Positions 36,307 through 46,188 of a DNA stretch of 64,000 bases are shown here, in pieces. The translations under genes were made by a program, and so were the position numbers. Location: positions 64,001-128,000 of the IMG/VR virus record IMGVR_UViG_3300035171_000016; one strand, given 5' to 3'. The DNA comes from a virus. A model generated the notes under the pieces. That model did no database searches, was not told the origin of the DNA, and saw only the letters and a list, made by a program, of their open reading frames with translations. Position 1 is the stretch's first letter. Each line of letters starts with the position of its first letter.

Positions 36307-38856
36307 ATGTTTACAGAGCAATTTCAAAAATACGACTTTCCATTATTAGGACTAGTAAGATTACCTCAAGTAAAAATTACTGACGCCGAAAAGAATTCTA
36401 TTGGCATTAACTTAAATTGTTCAAATTATGAGTTTTTAAGAGAACTAACAAAACAAAACTTCCAAAAAAATGAGCATAAACTGTCTAATCCAGATGCATA
36501 TCAAAAAAGAGCGCAGTATGAATTAGAGATATTTGAGGAATTAGGATTTACTGATTACGTTTTATTGGTATGGAAAGTTATCAATAAATTAAAAGAGCTA
36601 GGCGGTTACAGAGACGCTGGGCGCGGTAGCTGTGTAGGCTCTTTTGTTTTTGCTTTGATTGGTATTACCGGAGTATTAGATGTTATTGATAAAGGTTTAA
36701 TTTTTGAGCGTTTTATTTCTAGAGTAAGAAGTAAAAAAGAAATTATTGATGGAACTACATATCTTCATGGAGACCTTCTTTGCGATGCAGATTTAAATCT
36801 CGGAGGGTGCCGACAAGATATTATTGATTGGCTTAAACAGGAATATCAGGGTAAAATCTGTAAAATTGCAGCGTTTTCAACCCTTACTTCTAAAATTTTA
36901 ATTAAGGATATATATAAAACATATGACGAGGTAAACGAGGATGAGGCCAAGAGAGTTGCCGACATGATTGAGAAACAATTTGGTATAGTTAACGATATTG
37001 AAGAAACTATTAAAGAAAATAAAGAATTTAAAAAATGGTCAGAAGCACATCCTAAAACATTTGAAATTTGTTTACAACTAAGAGATTTATTGAGACAAAA
37101 AACTTCTCATGCTTCTGGATATTTTATATCATATTATGATTTAGACGGATTTGTCCCTGTTGAGCTAAATAAAGATAAGGAATTATCTCTAGCTTACGAA
37201 ATGAATGACGCCTCTCAGTTAGGAACAAAATTAGACTTATTAGGTCTAACACAATGCGAAATTCTTACTGAATTTTTCAAAACTATTCCAGAAAAACCAG
37301 ACGATATTGAATTAGACACAAATCCAATTGTTTACGAAGCATTACAAAAAGATTTTTTGCCATATGGATTATATCAAATAAGTGCCGATTGTGCAAAAAG
37401 AGTTACAAATAAAGTAAGACCAAAAAATATTTCAGAATTAAGTGATATTAACGCAATAGCTAGACCCGGCGCATTAGATTATCTAGATTCATATGTAGAT
37501 GGAACAGTAAAATCTCCTCATAAAATATTTGATGATATAGTTAAAGAAACTAGAGGCCTGTTTTTGTACCAAGAGCAATTAATGAAGGCTATTGTGGCAA
37601 TCGGATTTACGTTAGACGACGCTGAAATAGTTAGAAAAATTGTTGGCAAAAAACAAAAGAAAGAGTTTCCAAAATGGGAGCAAAAAATTAAAGATAAAAT
37701 TAAAGAAAATAATCTTCCATCAGAAGTTTATGAAATTGTTTGGAAGGTTTTAAACGATAGCTCTGGATATTCTTTTAATAAAAGTCATAGCTTAGGCGTG
37801 TCATATCTCGGAGCATTAACTGTTTGGGCAAAATATAAATATCCATTACAATTCTATACAGCCTGCCTAAATTCAGCTAAAAATCAGCCCGCTCCCACAG
37901 ACGAAATAGCGGCTATTGAAAACGAATTAAAATATTTTAATATTAAATTATTACCACCGGATATTATTAAGTCTAAAAATGAATTTACTATAGAAGATGG
38001 AAATATAAGATTTTCATTACAGTCTATTAAAGGAATTGCTAATAAAACATTAGAAAAAATTCAAAACTTTAAACACGAATATTCTTCTAAATTTGATATA
38101 TTTAATGCCGCCAACGAAGCAAAGTTAGGTATTGGAGTTCTATCGGCTTTAATACAATCTGGCTGTTTAAGTAGCTATTGCAAGGATATAACTCGCTCAC
38201 AGCTAGTTAAAGAGGCTCAGTTATATAATTTATTAACAGACAAGGAAAAGAAAAGAGTTATTGAAATTGGAGAACAATTTAATTATGATTTAGTTGGAAT
38301 TATTAAATATTTATCTTCTCCACAAAACGGCTCAGAAAAATCTTTTATTAAGAATAGTAGAATGGAAACAATAAGAAAGAAATTTAAAGGATATTACGAA
38401 ATTTATAAACAAAATAGCAAAAATGAAAAGCTTGCTCAAAATTTTTATGAATTTTCCTTGCTAGGATTTACTTTTTCTGATACATTATATAGTATATTAA
38501 AGGAAGAATATAAAGATGTAATGCCAATAAATCAAGTAATTGGTGAGCTAGATAATACTAAAGTTCAGGTATGCGGACGTATTAGTGATATTCGCTCTGG
38601 GACTTCAAAAAATAAAAATAAATATATTAAAGCTAAACTTGAAGATGGTAGCGGAAATAGTATTAATATAATGATAATGGAAAGAAATTTTAGTCTCAAT
38701 GAAGAGCTAAACGATGGTAAAAAACTAGAAGATGGAGATATTATCATGGCAGAAGGAACTAAAAAGCCAGATATTATCTTCTGTGATAAGATAGTATCCC
38801 AAAAAATTAAAATATATCAAAAACTAAGCGAATTAAAAAATAGCGAAAAAATATAA
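36307..38856 (+). CDS. dnaE: DNA polymerase III alpha catalytic core (no PHP)
   Basis: GRGSCVGS, FERF, DADL, HASG, KLDLLGL, RPG, YQEQ, YSFNKSH, C-terminal OB fold. Confidence 0.95.
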   Translation: MFTEQFQKYDFPLLGLVRLPQVKITDAEKNSIGINLNCSNYEFLRELTKQNFQKNEHKLSNPDAYQKRAQYELEIFEELGFTDYVLLVWKVINKLKELGGYRDAGRGSCVGSFVFALIGITGVLDVIDKGLIFERFISRVRSKKEIIDGTTYLHGDLLCDADLNLGGCRQDIIDWLKQEYQGKICKIAAFSTLTSKILIKDIYKTYDEVNEDEAKRVADMIEKQFGIVNDIEETIKENKEFKKWSEAHPKTFEICLQLRDLLRQKTSHASGYFISYYDLDGFVPVELNKDKELSLAYEMNDASQLGTKLDLLGLTQCEILTEFFKTIPEKPDDIELDTNPIVYEALQKDFLPYGLYQISADCAKRVTNKVRPKNISELSDINAIARPGALDYLDSYVDGTVKSPHKIFDDIVKETRGLFLYQEQLMKAIVAIGFTLDDAEIVRKIVGKKQKKEFPKWEQKIKDKIKENNLPSEVYEIVWKVLNDSSGYSFNKSHSLGVSYLGALTVWAKYKYPLQFYTACLNSAKNQPAPTDEIAAIENELKYFNIKLLPPDIIKSKNEFTIEDGNIRFSLQSIKGIANKTLEKIQNFKHEYSSKFDIFNAANEAKLGIGVLSALIQSGCLSSYCKDITRSQLVKEAQLYNLLTDKEKKRVIEIGEQFNYDLVGIIKYLSSPQNGSEKSFIKNSRMETIRKKFKGYYEIYKQNSKNEKLAQNFYEFSLLGFTFSDTLYSILKEEYKDVMPINQVIGELDNTKVQVCGRISDIRSGTSKNKNKYIKAKLEDGSGNSINIMIMERNFSLNEELNDGKKLEDGDIIMAEGTKKPDIIFCDKIVSQKIKIYQKLSELKNSEKI

Positions 38857-38862
38857 ACTATT

Positions 38863-39120
38863 ATGAATAAAAAACCACTATTATCAACTTTAGGTTCTAA
38901 TGAAAATGGAGACTGGAAACAAGAATGGAAAGATATGCCAGAATTTATTCAGGAAAAGCAAAGACCATATAAAATGCTTATAGTAAGATTTGAAACAAAA
39001 GAAGATTATGAAGATTTTCAAAAAAGAATTGAACAAAAACTTACGGATAAGACTAAAAGTATCTGGCACCCAGAATTAGAGCGCGGCGAGCATTCTGATA
39101 AAAGATATGTAGACGAATAA
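38863..39120 (+). CDS. Small acidic protein of the type found beside TAGT genes
   Basis: W.DMPEF.Q......LIVRF...ED...F...I.Q..T.KTKSIW.P. Confidence 0.65.
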   Translation: MNKKPLLSTLGSNENGDWKQEWKDMPEFIQEKQRPYKMLIVRFETKEDYEDFQKRIEQKLTDKTKSIWHPELERGEHSDKRYVDE

Positions 39121-39136
39121 TAAATATTAATTATTT

Positions 39137-39886
39137 ATGTTTACAGTATATATACCCTCTCTTAAAAGGTTTGATATAAAAAATGGTACTGCTAAACTTA
39201 TGCAGGACAATAATATTAACTATAAATTAGTTGTAGAGCCACATGAATTTATAAGTTATTGTAATAATTTTGGAGAAAATAATGTTATTAGTATAGACCG
39301 CTCTGGATTAGGAGAGGCATATGTTAGAAATTGGATTAAAAAATATTCAAAATCAATTAAGGAACAGTGGCATTGGCAATTAGATGATGATATTAGTAGT
39401 TTTTGTTATAGAAGATTTCAACAAAAAAGACAGGCTATTTCTGCCAAAAATGCTTTATTAGATGTAGAAATAGAAACTATTAAATATAACAATGTTTCAG
39501 AGTCGGGTATTAATTTTGATTCTTGGAGGCCGGGGAATATATCTATAATTATTAATAGGCCGGTATATAGATGTGTTTTAATTAAAAATGATAATAATAT
39601 AGAATGGCGAGAATTTGTTCCATTTTGCGACTGGGACTATTCTATGCAACTATTAAATAACGGATTTTCAATATTAAAATTTGACCATATTAGATTAAAA
39701 TCTCCTAAACCCGGAACCTTTGCTGGTGGATTAGACTATTTATATGCAAAAAATAATATTAGAAATAATATACAAAGTCAGTTAATTAAGGAGTGGCCAG
39801 AGTGCTATTTAAGCGAAAGTAAATCCGGTAAATGGATTAATGCTAGAAAATTTTTTAAACTACATAATAACCCACTAAATAAATGA
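39137..39886 (+). CDS. TET-associated glycosyltransferase (TAGT/GREB1-like) 1
   Basis: VYIPS.KR, VVEP.E..Y, RNWI, HWQLDDDI, D.DYS.Q.L..G, GG. Confidence 0.75.
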   Translation: MFTVYIPSLKRFDIKNGTAKLMQDNNINYKLVVEPHEFISYCNNFGENNVISIDRSGLGEAYVRNWIKKYSKSIKEQWHWQLDDDISSFCYRRFQQKRQAISAKNALLDVEIETIKYNNVSESGINFDSWRPGNISIIINRPVYRCVLIKNDNNIEWREFVPFCDWDYSMQLLNNGFSILKFDHIRLKSPKPGTFAGGLDYLYAKNNIRNNIQSQLIKEWPECYLSESKSGKWINARKFFKLHNNPLNK

Positions 39887-40782
39887 ATCCAAACTATCCA
39901 TTATATATTGTATCTAAAAGTCGCTGGGAAAGCCGATTAACAAGCAAGGCGTTAGAGAGAATGGATGTTCCCTATTATATAGTAGTAGAGGCTCACCAAT
40001 ATAATGAATATGCATCCGTTATAGATAAGAATAAGATATTAATTTTACCACAAGAATTTTTAGATAACTACGATACTTGCGATGAACTCGGTAATACTAA
40101 AAGCAAGGGTCCCGGAGCAGCTAGAAATTTTGCATGGGAACACTCTATTAAAAATGGATTTAAGAGACATTGGGTACTAGATGATAATATTCCATTGTTT
40201 TATAGATTAAATAGAAATACTAGAATAATCGTTAATACCGGCTCAATTTTTAAAGCTGCCGAAGATTTTGTAGATAGATATGAAAACTTATTGGTTTCTG
40301 GATTTAATTATAGATTCTTTTGCAAACAAACAGAGCCTCTTCCGCCTTATTATCTTAATACCAGAGTTTATTCGTGTTTATTAATTCAAAATGATGCTCC
40401 CTATAGATGGAGAGGAAGATATAATGAAGATACCGATTTATCTTTAAGAGTTTTAAAAGACGGACATTGTACATTACAATTTAATGCCTTTCTTCAGGGT
40501 AAGGTGGCTACTCAAACAGTAGCGGGTGGAAATACTGAGGAATTTTATAAAAACGAAGGTACTATCAATAAATCCAAAATGCAAGTTGATTTACATCCAG
40601 ATGTATCAAAGCTTGTTTGGAAATTCGGTAGGTGGCATCATCATGTAGATTATAGCTCATTTCAAAAAAATAATAAATTAATAAAAAAGAAAAATTTAAA
40701 TATAGAAGATAAAATAAATAATTATGGAATGAAATTGGTAGATATTAAAGATAAAAACATTGACAAAACTAACATATCCTGA
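39883..40782 (+). CDS. TET-associated glycosyltransferase (TAGT/GREB1-like) 2
   Basis: YP.YIVSK.R, GPG.ARNF.W.HS, HWVLDDNI, NTR.YSC.LI, WRGRYNEDTDLSL, K..TQ...GGNT. Confidence 0.85.
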   Translation: MNPNYPLYIVSKSRWESRLTSKALERMDVPYYIVVEAHQYNEYASVIDKNKILILPQEFLDNYDTCDELGNTKSKGPGAARNFAWEHSIKNGFKRHWVLDDNIPLFYRLNRNTRIIVNTGSIFKAAEDFVDRYENLLVSGFNYRFFCKQTEPLPPYYLNTRVYSCLLIQNDAPYRWRGRYNEDTDLSLRVLKDGHCTLQFNAFLQGKVATQTVAGGNTEEFYKNEGTINKSKMQVDLHPDVSKLVWKFGRWHHHVDYSSFQKNNKLIKKKNLNIEDKINNYGMKLVDIKDKNIDKTNIS

Positions 40783-40788
40783 TAATAT
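40760..40788 (+). promoter_or_regulatory. Sigma70-type promoter
   Basis: TTGACA-17-TAATAT, 6 nt before ATG 40795. Confidence 0.75.
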
Positions 40789-40794
40789 ATAAAT

Positions 40795-41229
40795 ATGCCT
40801 AAACTAACTATTGCCGAAGTACAAGAAGCCCTAGCTCGCTCTAATGTAGAACCAAAACAGCAAGAGTCGGTTCTTAATCATTTACAAGAGGTTATTAAAG
40901 AGCTAGAAGACGAAAAAGAGCAACAAAATCCTACAGTTAAAGTAAAAAACGAGTTTGGAGTAATTATTCTTGATGAAAATGGAGATATTAAGGTAGATAC
41001 TGCTGCGCTTATTTATCAGATAAAGGTAGGAGAAGACCACGGTACGGTATTCCAGCGCATTAGAGACGCCGTAAAAGAATTTAATCTAACTAAAAAAGGC
41101 CTAAAGCATCCTGTCAAATCGGTAACAGAAGCCTTTCAAGCAATCGCGCCTAAGATTTTTAAGAACCAAGGTATCATTCGTAAAACTAAAGAAATTACCA
41201 GAGTATTAAAAACTAATAATAAAATTTAA
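40795..41229 (+). CDS. Hypothetical protein
   Basis: 144-aa ORF with promoter. Confidence 0.75.
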   Translation: MPKLTIAEVQEALARSNVEPKQQESVLNHLQEVIKELEDEKEQQNPTVKVKNEFGVIILDENGDIKVDTAALIYQIKVGEDHGTVFQRIRDAVKEFNLTKKGLKHPVKSVTEAFQAIAPKIFKNQGIIRKTKEITRVLKTNNKI

Positions 41230-41230
41230 C

Positions 41231-41259
41231 TTGACTTTTCTATAAAATTAAATTAATAT
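41231..41259 (+). promoter_or_regulatory. Sigma70-type promoter
   Basis: TTGACT-17-TAATAT, 6 nt before ATG 41266. Confidence 0.75.
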
Positions 41260-41265
41260 AAATAT

Positions 41266-41457
41266 ATGCCTAAAAATACAAATAAAACAATCCGTTATTT
41301 CGGTGAAATCGTTATGCGCCCTAATGGTCGCTATCAAGTAAAACATATCCAACGCCTTATCGGTGTCAACCAACATCGCCGCAAGTGGGTTGATGTTAGT
41401 GGCTCTGAATTTGCTAAGGAACTAAATAAAGCAAATGTTTTAGCCCCTAAACACTAA
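41266..41457 (+). CDS. Small basic hypothetical protein
   Basis: ORF with promoter. Confidence 0.65.
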   Translation: MPKNTNKTIRYFGEIVMRPNGRYQVKHIQRLIGVNQHRRKWVDVSGSEFAKELNKANVLAPKH

Positions 41458-41466
41458 TATATAATT

Positions 41467-42033
41467 ATGCCTAGCCAATTTTTTTCACCTAATGCCAAAA
41501 TTTCAGGAGGAGCGGCTTTCTTCTCCTTTAATTCTAAGGATGGCTCAGTTTATATCAAATTACTTAAACAGATAGCTAATAATCCAAATAAGAAAGGTAA
41601 TTTTGACGGAGCGAATCCAGTAAATATTAAACTTTCTCAAGATGAGGCCGCTGATTTTGTCCGCGCCGTTAGAACCAGCGGAGAATCTAAATTCTTTCAT
41701 AAGTTCGAGGCCAATACAACCTCTGGCTCTTTAAAGTTTTATACTATTCCAGCTAAGGATAACTTTCCTGCTCGTAGCGGTTTTGGTTTATCTGTGAAGA
41801 AATCCGCAGATGGAAAGGAAACAGAAATTAAGGTAGGATTTACTCTCGGTTCTGCCGAAAGACTATCTATTTTCTTAACAAATGCTTTAACGCATATTAT
41901 GGACGCTGAATACTCACAGGACATTAAGGACGCAAAGGAGTATGCCGAAAAGAAAAAGAATGCCGCATCGGTATCTGTTCCAGACGAAGCTAAAGAAGAT
42001 GTTAAAGAAACAGAAGAAGAAATCGAATTTTAA
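41467..42033 (+). CDS. Possible ssDNA-binding protein
   Basis: Two beta-rich/helix units with aromatics; acidic tail ending EEEIEF. Confidence 0.5.
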   Translation: MPSQFFSPNAKISGGAAFFSFNSKDGSVYIKLLKQIANNPNKKGNFDGANPVNIKLSQDEAADFVRAVRTSGESKFFHKFEANTTSGSLKFYTIPAKDNFPARSGFGLSVKKSADGKETEIKVGFTLGSAERLSIFLTNALTHIMDAEYSQDIKDAKEYAEKKKNAASVSVPDEAKEDVKETEEEIEF

Positions 42034-42043
42034 TTAAAAAATT

Positions 42044-42289
42044 ATGGCACATGGAAAAAGTTTAGAACTTAATAAGATTAAACCCGCTGACACAACTATT
42101 GGTTCATACGCTAAAGTTGGAAATAAAATGTTTAGAGAGTTTGTCGCTGGAGATATTGTTTATTCTAGAGACGGAACTACTAAATATTTGGTTCAAAAAG
42201 ACGGTAGCTTTAGAAGAGTTACTGCTGCAATGGAAAATCTAACTAAGATTGTTAAAAAGGTTAGCGATAACGAGTCTAAAGAAAATTAA
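42044..42289 (+). CDS. Hypothetical protein
   Basis: ORF in operon. Confidence 0.6.
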   Translation: MAHGKSLELNKIKPADTTIGSYAKVGNKMFREFVAGDIVYSRDGTTKYLVQKDGSFRRVTAAMENLTKIVKKVSDNESKEN

Positions 42290-44148
42290 TAGGTAGTCTT
42301 ACCCATCATAATCGGCATCCATAGGTTTGCCGATTTTTTTACGTCTCCAGCTCTATTCATATCAAAGTAAGCTTTAGCGGCTTCTATTGCTAATAAAAGA
42401 CTAGTATAGCCGTCTTTACGAGCACGGTTAGCACTTTTATTTCTTTTTAGAGTTACTGGCAAATCAAAAATCTGGCCACCAGAAGGCGAGTTACGAATTT
42501 CTATTAAACTAGCCTGTTTTTTAATTTGATAAACAAGGTCGTCTTCATTTGAAATTAAATCTACTATAAACTTGTTTTTATTTTCGCTTTCTTCAAATGG
42601 GTATGGAATTCCGCTTGTTATAGCAGATTCATAATCGTTATGAGAGGTTAGTCTAGAAGCAAACCAGATTTTTTTAGTATTTATCCACGTTTGTAGTTGT
42701 TCATTAATTCTTCTGATAGACTGTTGGTTAAAAACGTGTTTAAAACAAATTTTATTATTACTTAAATTGTATTCTTTTTTGAAATCTAACAACATTCTAT
42801 TATAATCGTCACCATGAAGTTCTCCATTATATTCTAATAGATTAACCTTGAATTTGTTATCTTGAAACAAAGCAGACTCATTACAGCTAGAGGTAAATCC
42901 GCCATCAGCATTATCAAAGCATATCATTTGAATATTAAAAGCTTTTAATAGATAATAAAAATATTTGATATGTTCTTTTAAGTCTTTTCCGGCTTCCATA
43001 TACGAATGGACTACTGTTGCCGTTTCATTTTCTGGATTTAATTTCAAAACACACATTGCGAAGAAATCTGAACTAGGACTATTAGAAAACGATGGGTCGC
43101 ATCCTAAAACATAAATATCCTCTGATTTTCCTCTAATTTCCATACATGGAGAATCAGAATCTTTAACAGTTAATTCATGCATTTTCTTAGCCGAAAAATA
43201 AGAATCGCTACCATCTGTAAAATGTGCGCCAAATTCTCTTTGAAAGATTGGGTCATGTTCGCCCATAGAGCTAGCTTCTTCAATAACACTCTTTTCAATA
43301 AAGAGTTTCGGAAGAGCCTTATAACCTATTTGAGCAACGAAATAGGTAGCATCAACTACCTTATCTTCCGCTAAAATATTCTCTATCCATTCTTGAAATG
43401 TTTTATAACATGGCTCAAAAGTATAAGACGCGCTGGTTAAGCATATCATTCTTGCCGAAGATGGGAATACCATCCTATCCTTTTCCTCTATCTTTCCTTC
43501 TTTAACAAGTTCGTCTTCCTCGTCTGCCTGACGAATACGCTCTCCGACATTTGACGGAACCAACAAGAACGGCATTAATACTTTTTTAACAACCTCTTCT
43601 GAAAAAAGTAGATATTCATCTAAAATAAGTAATTGGGCGCGAAAACCACGAAGCTTATCAGAGTTCATGGGAATTGCTCTGATAATTCCGCCATTCAAAG
43701 CGATTTCAAATGCATCATTTCTCTTACTTTTTGCGCCGAAACATTCTTTAAGTAAGAAACCTTCTTTTGAGTCTATTATTTTTTCCAAATTGTTAAAGAT
43801 ATGTCTAGCTGTACGAAATGTCGGGCCGCATATAACAACATTAGTTCCCGGATTGAATAAAGGATATAAGAATGCTATAATGGCAGCTATAAAGCTTTTT
43901 GAAGCACCACGAGAGGCCACAATCATTGAAAAATTTCTATTAAAAAGAGCTTTTAATAAAATCTCTTGATATGTAGCTAGAGTTACTTTTCTTTTAGTTA
44001 ATAATTCCAAACCAAAACCAAGATTTGCTCTTAAAAACTTTCCGAGTGCGGCCATAGCCTGCTTATCGGTAAGCTCTCCTTTTAAATCTAAAATAGATTG
44101 ATTTATATTTGGATATTTTTTCTCGTATTTTTTAGGGAAATATAACAT
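42286..44148 (-). CDS. terL: Terminase large subunit
   Basis: YQ, Walker A ASRGASKS, PTFR.A, RGFRA.LLILDE, F.REF.A.F, nuclease GCDPS...D...KD. Confidence 0.9.
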   Translation of the reverse strand: MLYFPKKYEKKYPNINQSILDLKGELTDKQAMAALGKFLRANLGFGLELLTKRKVTLATYQEILLKALFNRNFSMIVASRGASKSFIAAIIAFLYPLFNPGTNVVICGPTFRTARHIFNNLEKIIDSKEGFLLKECFGAKSKRNDAFEIALNGGIIRAIPMNSDKLRGFRAQLLILDEYLLFSEEVVKKVLMPFLLVPSNVGERIRQADEEDELVKEGKIEEKDRMVFPSSARMICLTSASYTFEPCYKTFQEWIENILAEDKVVDATYFVAQIGYKALPKLFIEKSVIEEASSMGEHDPIFQREFGAHFTDGSDSYFSAKKMHELTVKDSDSPCMEIRGKSEDIYVLGCDPSFSNSPSSDFFAMCVLKLNPENETATVVHSYMEAGKDLKEHIKYFYYLLKAFNIQMICFDNADGGFTSSCNESALFQDNKFKVNLLEYNGELHGDDYNRMLLDFKKEYNLSNNKICFKHVFNQQSIRRINEQLQTWINTKKIWFASRLTSHNDYESAITSGIPYPFEESENKNKFIVDLISNEDDLVYQIKKQASLIEIRNSPSGGQIFDLPVTLKRNKSANRARKDGYTSLLLAIEAAKAYFDMNRAGDVKKSANLWMPIMMGKTTY

Positions 44149-44151
44149 ATT

Positions 44152-45060
44152 TTAAATAAACTTATTATCTATCATATATTGAAAATCAATTTTTCTAGGG
44201 TCATTTTTTAATTTATATAAATTAATAATAAATTCGGATGCTTTAACTCTTCCATCTACGCAACAAATTTGTACATTTTCAAACTTTAATAACAAATCTC
44301 TTATTCTATGTAATATATAATCTGGCGTTGCCTCGCTTCTTATATATTTTAAATGATTAAATCCAAATAAATTAGATATTTTTGATTCTATAAGAATAAT
44401 TATATTGGCATTACTATCTTTAGCTCTTTGCATTTCTCTACATAACCTGTCAAATCCAGAACTCAAAGAGCTAATAGCATCCTGTAAACTTTTTCTTTCG
44501 ATAAAAATATTAAATTTATTATTTCTTGCCGAATAATCACCAAAATCTAATTTAATTATTTCTTTATTAGTTTTTATATCTAATACCGACTGCTCTCTAG
44601 TATCTATTAATATTTCTGGTTCAATATTGTTATATTCTAATATTTGATTATAATCATATCTAACATCTAAAGAAATTTCATCGCATATATTTTCATAACT
44701 ATTTTTTCCATAAAAATTATGAAAAAATTTAATTGATGGATAACATAAAGTTCTTAATTCAAAATTAGAAGGAGCATAAATATATCCTTTTAATATTTTT
44801 CTCTTATTAAGCCAATTAGTAAGATATAAAAGTCCTTCTTCTTTTGTTTTAGATTGTAAATATTTTTTTAAGTTATCTTTACCTACAAAATCTGACGTTA
44901 AATATTGTTCTGGAGATTTAAATGGAATTAATTCACCAGTAAACAAATCTAAAGATTCGTAAAATTTTTGATAATAATCTGATTCTTTAGTACGGTGCTT
45001 TTTCCAAAAATGTGCTCGCTCCGTAAATTCTTCTCCACATATTTTACAAATATTATCCAT
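44152..45060 (-). CDS. C2H2 Zn finger plus ERCC4 (XPF/Mus81-like) nuclease
   Basis: CKIC...H...H; IDTREQ, GDYS, IERKS..D. Confidence 0.85.
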   Translation of the reverse strand: MDNICKICGEEFTERAHFWKKHRTKESDYYQKFYESLDLFTGELIPFKSPEQYLTSDFVGKDNLKKYLQSKTKEEGLLYLTNWLNKRKILKGYIYAPSNFELRTLCYPSIKFFHNFYGKNSYENICDEISLDVRYDYNQILEYNNIEPEILIDTREQSVLDIKTNKEIIKLDFGDYSARNNKFNIFIERKSLQDAISSLSSGFDRLCREMQRAKDSNANIIILIESKISNLFGFNHLKYIRSEATPDYILHRIRDLLLKFENVQICCVDGRVKASEFIINLYKLKNDPRKIDFQYMIDNKFI

Positions 45061-46186
45061 TTATAACTAAATCCTCATCAATTCCAAATATTCTTACTAT
45101 TGCCTCGTCTAGTTCAGAAAATCTAGTAAGTTCACCTTTAATTTTTGTATTTCTTTCTTCTGCCATTTTAACTAATGCGGTTCTTCTTTCTTCGTTTTTC
45201 ATTTCTTCTACAATGTTTAATAGAGTAAAAGATGCCCCAACCCTTTCATTTAATTTTTCACTTCTTTCTTGTGTTAATGATTTATAAAGAGAATTTTGTC
45301 TTTTTATACATTCGTCTCTATCTTTTCTAGCATTTTTTACTACCTCTACTATAGCCATTGATACTTTACCGTCCTCTTCTACTGCTCTGTTTTGTTCTCT
45401 ATTAAGCATATTAATATCGTTTTCTATTTGAGAGCCTATAACAATTTCAGAGCATAGGAGAATATACTGGTCAACATTTTCCTGAGTTAAATCGTCTTTA
45501 TTAAAACAATATTTTATAAAACTAGACTCAAATAATTCCTTATCAGATTGAGATTCGTAAGAATCTATTTGGTGTTTAAATCTATAAGATGCCAAATATC
45601 CAATTAAAGCTTCTATTTGTTTTTTCTGAGAGGGTGTTAATTTTTTAGTATCCCAATTTTTAGTTTCATCAACATATTTTTTAATTCTAGAGACCGCTCT
45701 TTCTGGACTTCTAGGGGGAAAATAATTACTATCTATTTCTTCTCCATACATAGGCTTTCCATCTAAAGTTCTCAGATATGAATTAATTTCTCTTACCTCT
45801 GAGGTAGACGGCCCTATCCCATAACCAAATAATTCTCTAGCCATCTCCATTGCCTTCATAGTAGAATAATTATTTTTAATATATTCTTTATGTTCTGGCG
45901 AAAGTTCAAAACTTTTTTTAGTTGATGCTAATTTAATAACTTCCCCAGAAAATCCACTACCAACAAGAAATTCTTTAATTAAAGAAGCCTGTTTAGACCT
46001 TCCATCTAATTCATCGTTAGGAAAAGCTAATTTTAATAACTCTGGAATAGATGGCGGAGTTTTTGACTCGTCTTTCCATCTATTTAAAATCAATTCTTTT
46101 TGTAAAGAAGACAAAAATATTTCTTTAACTTCATTTTTTTTAAATGGAGTTTGTTCGCTAGTTTCTATATCCCAAATATCAGGCAT
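45053..46186 (-). CDS. Conserved hypothetical, possible terminase small subunit / DNA-binding protein
   Basis: HTH-like segments plus C-terminal coiled coil; upstream of terL. Confidence 0.4.
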   Translation of the reverse strand: MPDIWDIETSEQTPFKKNEVKEIFLSSLQKELILNRWKDESKTPPSIPELLKLAFPNDELDGRSKQASLIKEFLVGSGFSGEVIKLASTKKSFELSPEHKEYIKNNYSTMKAMEMARELFGYGIGPSTSEVREINSYLRTLDGKPMYGEEIDSNYFPPRSPERAVSRIKKYVDETKNWDTKKLTPSQKKQIEALIGYLASYRFKHQIDSYESQSDKELFESSFIKYCFNKDDLTQENVDQYILLCSEIVIGSQIENDINMLNREQNRAVEEDGKVSMAIVEVVKNARKDRDECIKRQNSLYKSLTQERSEKLNERVGASFTLLNIVEEMKNEERRTALVKMAEERNTKIKGELTRFSELDEAIVRIFGIDEDLVING

Positions 46187-46188
46187 AT

